Source of the DNA: Paramecium tetraurelia
Taxonomy: Eukaryota
NCBI GenBank assembly: GCA_000165425.1
Contig: CT868664.1
Coordinates: 124,001 to 188,000 of the forward strand
Length of the DNA: 64,000 bases
Direction: 5' to 3'
Shown: in pieces, positions 27,701-40,321 of the stretch
Layout of the letters: each line of letters opens with the position of its first letter
How positions within the stretch are numbered: the stretch's first letter is position 1
Position numbers and translations under genes: made by a program
Notes under the pieces: generated by a model
What the model was told of the DNA's origin: nothing
Seen by the model: only the letters and a program-made list of their open reading frames with translations
Database searches by the model: none

Positions 27701-30700
27701 AGACGAATGTTCTTCTTGTAATACTGGACTAATTCTATACTAAAATACTTGTATAACGGATTGTTTAGGGAAACTGTATCAAGATGTATTAGCTAATGAG
27801 TGTAAACCATGTCATATTGAATGTGAAGCATGTACAGGACCTAATAATAATGAATGCACTGCTTGTCCAAATGAAAAATTGTTGACGATAATAAATACAT
27901 GTAGTGATACATGCACTGATGGTTCATATTCTGTATTAAGTGAAAAAAGGTGTTATCCCTGCCATGCAACTTGTAAAACATGTTTTGGACCGGCTGACGA
28001 AAACTGTTTATCATGCACCAATTTATATTAAGCCAACCAATGTGTAAACACATGTACCCCTGGATTTACAATCAATGCTACTGGAACTGCATGTGATTCC
28101 GACTTTCCTCTGGTGATAGGAAGTTGCTCATATTAGTGTAAGACTTGTGAATTAGCTCCAAGATTTTGTAAATAATGTGCAGGAAATCGTAGTCCCAATC
28201 CTCCTAATTGTGATTGTGAAGCTGGCTATTTTGATGATGGAAGCAGTTCAAATTGTCCGAAGTGTGCTAATAAATGTTTGACTTGCAAAGGATTAGCAGA
28301 TCTTTGTGTCAAATGTAAAGGAGATAGATTATTGCCAACTTGTACTTGTCCAGATTATTTTTATGATGACGGAGAATCAGTCAATTGTGTTAAATGTCAA
28401 GATAATTGTAAGACTTGTGATGCTAATGGATGTACATCTTGTTTAGGAGATAGAATTAATAATCCCAGTTGTGTATGTCCTGATGGGTATTTCGATTCAT
28501 ATCAAATGTATTGTTCTCAATGTGCAAAAAAATGTGTAACCTGCACTGGATCAGCAGAGTTATGTGATGTTTGTTCAGGAATTAGAGTTAGTAAGCCAAT
28601 ATGTGGATGTCCAGAAGGCTTTTTTGAAAATTCTGATTAAGAATGTCAACAATGCGACTCTACCTGTAAGGATTGTAACTAATATGGATGTTTATCTTGC
28701 TTTGGTAATAGAATAGGTCCTATAAATGGAGAGTGTAAGTGTGATTAGAAAGGAATCAGTAGATTTAGTGTAGGATCTGTATATTGCACTGATTGCTCGT
28801 TAGGAGTACCTTATTTTGGATTGAATGAAGAATTTAATGGATTTAATATTGATTTTGGAGGATCGATTATTTATTTGGATTAAGGAACTACAAATTTGTG
28901 TGAAGCATTCTTTGAAACAGATACTCTTTCTAAATTAGGAACAGAACCTGTATGTAATTCTGATTTCTCAATTATTTTTGGTTAAAATCCAACTATCAAA
29001 GTAGGTGATTCTATTAAGTTAAAATTATCTTTTATTTTAACAGGTTGTAGCTATCAATTCTTATAAATTCTTCATATGCCTCTCTCTATTCCCTCCACTA
29101 TTGATTTAGAGACTCATAAGCCAAGTATCAAATTTAATGATTTGAGTACTTCAAATATTTGTTCAGACTTAACAATTAGATTTGAAGAACTATATTATAA
29201 CGGAAGGTAAAAATTCAAAATTATTTCATGGAATCAATACATCCCTTCCACAATTGACCATTAAATCTAAACTTTATTAAGTGCTAATACTTTGAATCAT
29301 AGTGACACTCTAACATTTCCTCCAAAACTCTTTCAATCAAATACTAGATATAAATTTGGTGTCACTGTTGAAAGCTTTGCTAAATTATAGAACATAAACT
29401 ATTTCTAATTTGAAGCCAATTAATAATCAAAAATCAATTTTTATCCGATCTCAAATAATGACTAATTTCATAGGTATGATTAAATCTCAATCTAATCTTA
29501 AATATCTTATTCAAATTGCATAGAGAAAGTGTATCCAAAATAAACTTTATTTTATGAAATTAAATTGAAAAATACAAAAGCTCAATTATTAAATGGAACT
29601 TTGACAGAGAATTTAGAAGATGGATTTGTTTTAGATATTCCTCTTGATTTCAATCAGTATTACTTCAATTTTTCTAATCCATATATATTAATTTTTAACA
29701 CCAAACTAACTAGACCTGATTATACTGTTAGCACATCGCAACACTTTGAAATTTATATAGTGCCATCGAATCCAGTCCTTACAATTGCAGGTGGGAATAG
29801 AATGATTGGATATACAGATGATCTATTTTTAAATACAACAATTACAGATCAAGATTTAACTCAATTAGAAGCATCTAGAGTCATTTATGAATGCAATTGG
29901 AGTTGCTAAGATATAGTGAATGGATCTGCATGTTAGGATTAATAAAATTAAACGATTCTATTTGACAAAAGTTGTAATCAATATTTACCACCTCGTACAT
30001 TTGCTCCTTATCAAGTGTTTAATTTCGAAGTAGCAATTGTAAAAGAAGAGATTATTCATTCTACCAAAATATCCATTCAGTTAATTGAAATAGATTTACC
30101 AGCCTTAACAGTTCTAGGAGTAAATGCATTAGAAACTCATAATTATTATGATGAATTCATCTATTAATTAGTATATCCAGGAATAAATCCTGATGTATTA
30201 ATGTATGCTGGAGCAGTCATCTATGATTAAGTTGTTTAAGCTACCTTCCAATTTTATTATTTAGAATTTAAATTTAAAGTCCAAGACTACTTTACGAACT
30301 TCTAGGATTCCTTAGGCAATGGTCTCAAATTAAGACTTTCAATTTATGACCCTCGTTTCATTATGCCATCCTTAAGCACTCAAATGTTAACTATGAACAT
30401 TCCTCCTTAGAATTGTGGATTGGAAATGAAATACAATGAAGGATTTGTTGAATTCATTGAAGCACTAGATGTTTCAGTTGTTAATTGTACTGATGCTGAT
30501 GCACCTCTTTTGTATAGTGTTTGGATATTTCCTAATGAATCAATTTATCAGTCTGACCTAGTCCAATCTAAATTCTACAATTATATGTTGCTAGAGCCAT
30601 TTCAGAAAACAAATTCATTTAAGTTATACTTACCATATTTTAATGAAAAGTAGTCTCTTCTTGTATTCAAAATATAAGATTCATTTGGAGGTGTAATTAA

Positions 30701-33011
30701 TATCACTTAGACCTTTGATATTAAATAATATTTATAGATTGATGAAACTACATTTACAAATTATGAGAAGTAAATTGAGACCTTAGACTAGCAGTTAATT
30801 GGATATAATTTAATCACCGAGAGATTAAAAATAGTAAATGGATCATAAGAATACAAAGAACAATTATTCTACAAATTGATTACTTTTGATTAAAATTAAA
30901 CATTTTTAAGCAACTAAACGGAAAGTCTATATAGATCAATTTCTAAATTATTGAGTTAAAATGTAACGCTATTAAAATCAAATGAATCAATGTTACTCAA
31001 TTAATTGAATTATAGAATCAATTTAGCATATGCTTAATTGACAATATTTTATAGTTTGCAGAGGTAAAATAAATTGAATTCTACCTAAAACATTGAAAAA
31101 ACCACTTATATTTCACAATACTATACATTCTCAGATATTCTGTCCTCATGTCTCAATTATAGAGTCTCATAGAACTTAACATCAACCGATATCTAAAATC
31201 AACTATAAGAAATGCAATCACAATTATAAGCTATTAGTGTAGCTAATGAGCCACTTTACAAGGTTTAATCAAACTCTGTAAATTTGAATTTTGGTTATCT
31301 TACGACCAAAATGGCAGGAGAAGTAACAGGTTCAAAATCAATCACTAAAAGCAGATTATTGGAAGAAGAAGCCAGTGAATCAAATACTGATTTAAATACT
31401 TCAACCAATTTCTTCAAATTTTCAATGACTAGATTTATTGATAACCCATTTTATGCTGATAAGAATTTTCCCAAGAATAGTAGTGGATATCAAGCTATTG
31501 ATCCAAAATTAATTGCTGATGCCAAATCCAATATTAGTAAGGCAAATTCTCAAATGAAATACAAGTTTCCAACTCCCAAAAAATTAGAAAATAATACTTA
31601 AATTAAATGTATAACTGAAGTTGAAAGTGGAGAATGGAATGCTGATGTTTGTAGTACAACGGAAGCTGATGGAGAGGCGACTTGTTAATGTGAATCTCTA
31701 AATCCAACTTCTGTGATGGAATCATTGAATTTTATTGCTGATAAAGCTGCACAAGTATTTTCCTTGGATACTCTATTGGCCTTCGGATCATTCCCATTTT
31801 ATAAGACAGTTGTCTTTTACTTCTATCTATTAATCACAGGTGTCTACATAGCTGTGGTCTACTGGGGAGTTAAAGTTGATAATGCTATGTTTACAAGAAT
31901 TCATGCTGAACAAGAATTAGCAGAGTAAAAACTGAAAGAAGAATAATTGAAATTGGAGAATATTGAGTAAGACCTTGAAAACAAAGGGGAAAATAAAGAA
32001 ATTACAGAGAACAAATAAGAGTCTCATTCTTTCAGGCAGCTTGAAGAAGTGAAAGAGCATGATACACCATAGGTTGAAGTCCTACCAACTTTAGAAAAGA
32101 ATATCTTTAAAAATCCAAAATCATTTGATAGAGTAATACTTGAGAACAAAATCTCGATTGTTAATTCTCCATAAGAACTACTAATTAATTAAACTCCAGA
32201 ATCTAAACTTGATATCAACTTAGTTATCAACCATGGAATGCCTAACGGATAAGGATCTGATCTCCTATTGTTAAGGCAAACATCTTTAAAAATTGACAAT
32301 GGACTTCATACCTTAGACAATATTAAAAACGAAGAAGCTTAAGAAAAGTAAGAAAAATAGGAATAGGATAAGAAAAAGGAAACAGAAGGGAATGAAGAGT
32401 AGAAGTAAAAACCAAAAGGATTAAAGGATTTGATGATTAAGAATTCCATCTCTAGAATTAAAGCCTACATTGAGTACCTTAAGTTTTTCCATTAGATATT
32501 ACAGATCATATATAAATCAGATCAAAAGAAACCTCGAGGTTTGAGAGCTTCAATTGTTTACACTAGCATTTTGGGTAGTTTGGCTGTGTTATTTGTATTT
32601 AATCAGCCAAATAATCTTAGCTTTACTGTTGGTTTAGCATTAATAACTGCCCCAGTTAATAAGGTCTATTAGATTATTTTAGAAAAAACATTATCTCATA
32701 AAAAGAAGGTAGTCAGATCCTTTGGTGCAATTCTAATGATAGTAAGTGCCGGTCTCATTTCTTATGTTATGTTGGCAGGATTAGTAATGATGGATTCAGT
32801 GGAAACTGCAAACCAATGGAGTTTTATTTTTGTAGGAACATTCACTCTGGATAACCTCTTTTATTGTCCAATTTCATTAATTTTCCAATATTTTGTTCAT
32901 ATGGAATTCATTAAGCTACCAATTTTCTAAAAATTACTCGATAAGATACTTGATTAAAAGGCCAAGGAATTTTTATATGGTTTAATTGATAATATAGGAG
33001 GAGAAGAATGA
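24791..33011 (+). CDS. Giant Cys-rich REJ/GAIN-like multi-TM surface receptor, polycystin-1-like paralog C (~2708 aa)
   Basis: ATG 24791 (MIKVIIFIVLFY). Four introns (22, 23, 24, 25 nt) give 8127 nt, divisible by 3; last exon 6626 nt. Furin-like array at about 26230-28800; REJ-like IAGGNRMIG and YECNWSC; GPS-like CITEVESGEWNADVC...CQCESLNPT; TM region 31800-32920; TGA 33009-33011. Confidence 0.88.
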
Positions 33012-33150
33012 TAAATATTTTATTCAATATGATTATTAAAACACATCTTTAAATTACATATTTGATGTATAAAGCAGTTGATTCTGCTTATCCACAATAT
33101 CTAATATGTAATAATTAACTGTAATTAATATGATACACACATCAATAAAC

Positions 33151-34048
33151 TCAAAAGAAAAAGTTCTTAATTGATTAAGGTACAAATTTCCAAAACTTTG
33201 CCGTTGCTTTTGGAGGAGCACCTTCATGAGTTAAATACCTTCTTTCATCAACAAAGTCATATATTAAATTTAGTGCTTGTTCTTTCTCATTCATTTCATT
33301 CAAAGAATATCTAATTAATCCTAGAATGACCTATTAAACTTAGTAATCATAATAGATTTTGCTATAGCTATCGTTTTCTTAGCAATAGATGCCAGTCTTT
33401 TTGAATCTTTCATTTTTACCTTAATAATATGAAAGTATGTGTACATAGTTCTAACATTCTCCAATGATTTCCATCTGTCTATAACATTCTTACTTTATCT
33501 ATATTTTAGACTTATGAATTAGTTAATGCCCATAATCCTGCTGCAACAGGTTCAGTGATAAGCATTTCTCTTTCTTTGGCCACTAAAGTAAATGCATTGA
33601 TTGGTTTAGTTCTCATTACAGGTATTATAGGGTATTTTTTCACTTTGTTATAAATTAAAAATGGTATGTCTCCATAAAAAGGACAACTAAAATGGATGAA
33701 TTTGAAATGTACTAAGTATTAGACTCGCATTTATAATCATAGTAGTAATCGAATTCTGTATTTTTAAGTGCTTCAAAAAGAAATGTGTCTATCAGTTCAG
33801 AATAATGATGATCTTCCATTAGAGTAAGTCTCTAAAAATATTTCATCTTCTTTAAAAATTCAGGTGTTTGTTCGATTTTCTAGATTTTCGGTGTCCATCT
33901 GAATGGACTGTTTAAATCCATGTTAAAGCTCAAACCTCACAATAATCACAAACTGTATACCTGCTTAATACGCAACTAATGGAACATCTGCTTAAGCAAA
34001 TGATCTATTGCACAGAGTTTATTTTGTGAAATAAAAACAAATTTTCAT
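33151..34048 (-). CDS. Protein with a degenerate PD-(D/E)xK restriction-endonuclease-like fold
   Basis: ATG 34048, three introns (25, 26, 25 nt), TGA 33151-33153. Motif order SELIDTFLFEAL / FYGDIPFLIY / PIIPVMRTK / VRMLQTDGNHWRMLEL / VILGLI. The fold call is from pattern recognition only. Confidence 0.6.
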
Positions 34049-34258
34049 TTAATTATTTATGAAGTGAAGTAGAATATTATCAAATCAAAAATAGAGAAGT
34101 TGCAGATGATCAAATTCAATAATGCAAATTAAATCATTTTAACACCATCCCTTTCTACTGCTATCTAAAAAGTTTAGAGATTGGTTGGATCGTTAAATTG
34201 ATTTATTTAAAGGATTATTAAATAATTTATTTAAAGTAGAGTATTTTAGAGTGATATA

Positions 34259-35644
34259 ATGATAGGAATCTCTAGATTTGCTAGCTCAATTTATAAGCGA
34301 CTTCCAAAAGCTCCTATTTCCTATCATATTACGCATTCAAACAAAGTCTATGATATGATAATGCAGAAAAAAAATATCAGAGAATTTGACAGCTTTTTTG
34401 ATAAGAGAGTTAAGGTGGTGAGTAATATTATACATTCAAATGTGTTAAATCATAAGTTGATAGAGGAAGCAAAACTAAAGGAATTATTATTGGAAAATAA
34501 GACTTCGGAATACATTGAAGAATTGATTAAAAAGAAAAAGTATTCTACAGCTTATCGATTTATGAATGCCCTTTAGTATGACACAGTTTCCTATTAAGTA
34601 AGAATAAGAAATATCATATTAGGAACTTGTGTATTCGATGGCTACTAATGATATGAAGTTACAAAGCAAGATTATTAGGGAGCAACATTTAGATACAAAG
34701 GACAATCAGAAGGTGTTGAATCATCTGCATGGTGAATCTATGAGATTTTTTATTTTTGTAAGAAAATGTTTAATAATAGAGAGCAGAAATACCAATTTAA
34801 AAGGTAGAAGAATTATTTTTGGGAGATGAAAGTAAATTATAATTTTTGGTTGAAAACTATTTTACCTCAAATAAATAAATAGCCATTCAAATTGCTAAAA
34901 GAAATAATATTAAAGTTCAAAATCCTCAAATTTAGTAAGAAATCGATAATTGCACAAATGTAACAGAGAATGCACTATTAAAAAATGATGATTTCTGTAT
35001 TGATTATTGTAATATTCTTAGTGCCATCAGAAGTAATCTTGAAAACAAAAAATGCCAATGATTATGTTCTTCTAAAGAATTTCAATATATCCAGGGAAGA
35101 TGTTTATTTGATTGAAGATGAGGCTTAATTGACTGATGAAATCATAGAAGAGATTTTAAATGCTCCTCAGACCGGGATTGACACTGAAAGCTTCTAAGAA
35201 ATTCCTTAGACTAAGTTTACATCGAGAATGAATAAGGTTTGTTTACTCTAGATAGCTTTGCCATAAAAGATTTTCATATTAAACAGTGCCAATCTTACAA
35301 GTAGTTGCAAGTATCAATAATTTCTTGTGAAGTATGCAACTAGCAATGCCTTAAAAATTGGATAAAACCTAAGATAGGATTTCTTATCATTGTTAGGGTA
35401 GATTAGGGCATCTGGAGTTTAATTAAACTAAATTATTGAATTATCAGAACTATTTTAATAGAAATTTCCATAAGAAAAGAAAACAAATTTATCATTTTAA
35501 TGTTCTAAGCTTTTAGGGAAGGAATTGGATAAAGTTGAGCAAATCTCAAACTGGTAAAGGAGACCATTGAGAAATGCATAGATTCATTATGCAGCACTAG
35601 ATGCATATATATGTTTACACCTTTATAATCTATATAAATAATGA
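34259..35644 (+). CDS. DEDDy 3'-5' exonuclease, MUT-7/Nibbler/EXD3-like
   Basis: ExoI TGIDTES, VCLLQIA, LKIGQNLRQDF, and ExoIII LGKELDKVEQISNWQRRPLRNAQIHYAALDAY; several tiny introns; TGA 35642-35644. Confidence 0.88.
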
Positions 35645-35795
35645 TTTGTTAAATTATGTATTTTTTTTCAGTTCAACATAATATATGGAGTCTATATATC
35701 TATTTTGATCTAATCTAAAGGACATCAAATTATGATATTAATTCTAATATTATATATTATCGTTGGAAAGGTGAAAGATCTTTATCCATTAAATA

Positions 35796-37117
35796 ATGAA
35801 TTATTAATTATTAGACACACTTGAACTAGGAAACAAGCGGAATTAAGCAAGACTGCTTGAATAGATTCATGAATTAACGACGCAATAAAAAAAGAAACTC
35901 TTAATCAATATACTTAAATGTTCATTATAAGAGAGAAAATAAGAGATTCTTCAAATGATGAGAATACTTCTGGAGAATGTTGACATCTTCTAATAATTTC
36001 AGACTGACCAAAATGATCTTGAAGCTTATGACTATTGTTTACGTCATATTCAATATGACACTTTTGATAAAGTAAGATGAACATATTAACTGATTTCAGA
36101 ATGCTGTGATATACGAAATAGGAGAATACTCAAATAATGTATATATGGTAATATCAGGCTAAGTCTCTCTGTATATATATGACGATATATTCAACACAAC
36201 TAGAAAAAGGTAGTAGTCTTTCAGTGTGGGTAGTGATAATAAAACTCAGCAGAAAGAAAGGTTGAAATACTCTGATCACATCATCTAAAGGTATGGTTAA
36301 ATCATAGTTATAAATAGTTTGGTTCGTTTGAGTGAAATTAAGGAATGGAAAATCTTTGGAGAATAACTAGAGAAGAAAAGAATGAACATAGCTATTTGTG
36401 ACATGGAGAGTTAAGTAGGATTCCTCAGTAAAGAGACATTTTAAACTGCGATATCAATTATGTAAAGAAAGTAGGAGTAGACAAGAATGAAGAGCTTTAC
36501 ATTAAGTCCTAGTTTTTAGGGATTAAATTAAAGATTACTAAATTTGATGTTGTTTTCATTCTCAACTTAGGATTATAAATTTAGAGATGTTGTCTACAAA
36601 AAGGGTTAATTGGATTCTGATGTTATTTACATAATCAAATAAGGAGAGTTTGTTGTGTATCAATAAAAATAGAATGTGAGAAAATAATTGGCAATCATGA
36701 CGGAAGGTGAGTTTTTTGGTGATTATGAGGCTTTCGAAAAGGTACCTCGTTAATTCAATATCTCATGTCATTCTCACCATGGTAGTTTAATTGTCATACC
36801 TATGTAAATCTTAAATTAAAAATTGTCACAATATAATGAGCAATCTTATCTATAGTAATTAAAGAAGTTATGTATCAAGAAAAATAAATGGTACAAATCA
36901 TTTCAAAACAATATTGAATAGACTTAAGGAATCTATTAAAGATATTTAACTGTATAAGATTTAAAAAATGGAATAACTTAAAATTCAGCCTAAAAAATTG
37001 AACCCATTTAAAATTGTCCTGAAATTCAATAATAAATTAGTCCAATAAGAGAATTAAAAAATACATTGAGTTATTTAACATCAATTGAAGAATCTTAAGT
37101 GAGTAATAATAATAATA

Positions 37118-37174
<57 letters not shown>

Positions 37175-37869
37175 GTAATAATAATAATAATAATAGTAAT
37201 AGTAATAATAAAAATAAAAACATACATAATAGCAATCATCCTAAATTATTAACTGATAATGAAAATAACTAAAAATAAAAAGCAAAAAGTAAAAACCCTG
37301 TTTATATTGCATCTCCTGATAAATTACAACCCCTACCAAAAATATAATTAGTTTCTAATAAACAATAAAATAGAAGTGAATTATCAACACCTGATAGATT
37401 CAATAAAGTTATTCAAAATAAAATTAGTGTTTTGAAAAGAATAAACAACTTATCTCCACAAGAAAACATTAATTTAAATACTCTTCATTAAAAAACCTAT
37501 TATGTTTAATTGCCAAAGTAAATAAAGTTAGAATAACATCTTGATAAAGAATGGCCAATAAAAGCAACCTTGTACTTAAATGATTTAGACGACAGATTTC
37601 GTTTTTAGAATAATTAATCAAGTCAAAATAACAATAGCAACAGCAATCGTAATTGCAATTAATTACCAGAATAATTAAGTTCTAGGAATGATAATAGTGA
37701 ATAAAATTCATAAAGGAATTCTAGAATCGATATTTTGAATAACATTCTATAGTATAAAACTCCAAGATAATAAAATAATAAAAAAAGGAGAGCATTAACC
37801 CTTAAATATCGAGAATATATAGAATCTTAATTCCAACCTAGAACCGAACGATCTTTATTATATTGTTGA
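35796..37869 (+). CDS. Tandem cyclic-nucleotide-binding-domain protein with long low-complexity tail
   Basis: VIYEIGEYSNNVYMVISGQV and VVYKKGQLDSDVIYIIKQGEF...EGEFFGDYE...PR motifs; ATG 35796; TGA 37867-37869. Confidence 0.8.
37102..37209 (+). repeat. (AAT)n microsatellite encoding poly-Asn
   Basis: About 36 in-frame AAT/AGT triplets inside the cNMP-binding gene. Confidence 0.95.
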
Positions 37870-37925
37870 AACAATGTCTTGAAAAATGTAAATATGTGAT
37901 TATTATATAAACATGAAAATCTTTC

Positions 37926-40321
37926 TCAAATAAGTTTGATTGTCTGAAGTTTTTCAATAATTTCTTCATTCTACGTTTCTTAGATGATTTGCATTAATTA
38001 ATTAAACTTCTATTGATGAAGAATGGCTAACTTCTCTTGATCCTTCTAAGCCTATCTTAAAACATGATTTTCTTTGGACAAAGCTTTATACATTTCTTAT
38101 AGATTATCACTAAAATGTAAATTCTTATATCTTACCAAGTGTATTGGCATTGAGGATGTATTTGATAGGCATCATTCGATTCTAACGAATAATAGAGGAA
38201 ATATTCTTTCCAGAAAGTAATTGATTTGCCAGTAAATTATTCTGGGATAACAACATCTTAATCAATTGATTATGGATTTTTATAGTAAGCATTGATATAC
38301 TTGTCTTTTTGTTTCATAATCCAAGACCATATAGATACAGTTTGTTCCATGATTCTTTGTTTTTGAATTTCCTAAAAGCAAATAATTAGAAAGTGATACC
38401 AAAAAGGAATCGCATAAGAATGTTCCAAATAATGAAGTTAAATGATGATAAGCTAAATCTAACAGTAGTTTCCCATTGAATTCAAAAGATAATGGATACA
38501 ATTGCTACATCTAATATACACAGTCTAAGAATTATAAGAAGATGGGAGATCTGGAATCCTCATTATTTTATTTATTGCCAATAGCAGATCGTTAACAGAA
38601 TTGATGTCCACTATTGATCCATTCCTTTTAAATAAGAATCATAAATCCTTCAATGGTTCTATAATACGAATCGATCATAATTGAGGCAAGGGCAGTCAAT
38701 TAAGCAGTTCTATCCCACCCATCACTACAATGAACCAATACATTGATTTTCTCCTTAGTCATTGTGATTGCTATTTTTGCAGATCCTTTAATGATGGCCA
38801 CGATGTGATCATACCATTATGATTATTCTAACTAGGATAGAAATTGAACATTTTCGCTTAAATTTATTTGAATTGAGATACTTAAATGCCGCCTTCAACA
38901 ATTTGGTTTATGAATCTCTTACTTTATGTATATTGTGAATATCCAAAAAGTCTATGCTACATCTTCTATAAAACAGAGTATTCTCATAGCCTTTTCCAGC
39001 CACCTATTATCCAATAGCATTTATGTGAGGTCTTGCATCATAAATCCTTAATCGGATTTCCTTCTCTTCGTATTGACTCTCCTGCTCATCAACAGTCTAA
39101 TACGACATATATTTCAAATAGCATTCATCCTCAGTGGATCTGTTCTATCCGATTCCAGTCCTGCATTAGGAACTTCTCCACATGGAGATTACTTTTCCAT
39201 TTATTGTGAATGCATATGATAATATTGGTATTCTCTCTTTAGATCTGAATTTAGCAGATTTTTGTATACAATCTAAATCCGCTTTTGTAGGTACAACTAA
39301 TCTATTATAATAGGTTGAGCAAACGATTCCATTCTCATTATTTAGATATTTAAATAATCCATTTTAAGTTTGTGAATTTTCTTATAATATATTAATGCCC
39401 ATTCTTTCGAAATCCTTTTCTATATTAAATATCTTCCATCCTTAAAAATCATTCTCTAAATTTGAGAATTCTTTGTAAAATGTGAATGCGAATAAAGTCT
39501 ATTTATTTAATGTGAATGCGTTCTTATTGATAACATTAAATATGCTATTGCAATCATCATTCTGCTCCCTCAAAAACCTATATTTGAACCATCTACCATC
39601 TTTACAAGATATTTCAATAAAATTGGCATCATTTTGTTTCCTATCCATAGTCTTCTCTACTTTAATTATTAGAGTGTAAGGAATATAAAAATAATCCTTT
39701 CTAAAATCTTTTGGGTATTTATCAGGTAAAAAGACAATCTATATTTATAGATCAATTTAATTACCTAATAATTAGTTGCTAAAAATATTCCTTAAAATTA
39801 TTGAGTGCCAGTAGAACATATTCCTCTAAGTTCCTATAATGTGATTTCTCCAGGTTGTACAATCTCTAGTCCAATACTCTTAATGTCACGAGTTGTATAG
39901 GTCTGCACAATATTAGTTTGTATAATTTCAGGCTCATTCTAATCAGTTGGTTGTCTTTATCCTTATTAATTTGGTTGTTGCTAAGTTGTGGTATTTCTAA
40001 AAAATAATTTCTAATATTGTTGAATGAATTACTCTTGGGGCATCCAACATCTAACCTATCTATCCAAATACAGATTATGGTTATTAATTAAGTTGTTGTT
40101 ATTACGAATAAGCAGGCTATTATTATTATTATTGAGGGGTTGGTTATTGTGTAGTAACAATTCCTGCAGATTAGGCTAGCACTAATAAATATGATTCATG
40201 ACATGCTACTTCTTTCTTCCTCTTGGAGTTGTTTCTCAAATTCTTTTGCTCTATTATTCTTTTAGGTATTTTGTGCCTGTTGATCTGGTTTCTATGTAGA
40301 GCGCCCAAGTGGATTGTTCAT
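37926..40321 (-). CDS. Myotubularin-family phosphoinositide 3-phosphatase
   Basis: Intact catalytic VLVHCSDGWDRTAQL near 38700-38740; also FRSKERIPILSY and IYDARPHINAIGQ; Gln-rich N-terminus; ATG 40321, TGA 37926-37928. Confidence 0.93.

Noticed and set aside
7700..28800. Cys-periodic repeats as Paramecium immobilisation (surface) antigens, or as a DNA repeat or CRISPR array
   Set aside because: The periodicity is furin-like CxxCxxC at protein level only, the proteins end in several TMs with no GPI signal, and there are no identical nucleotide repeats with spacers.
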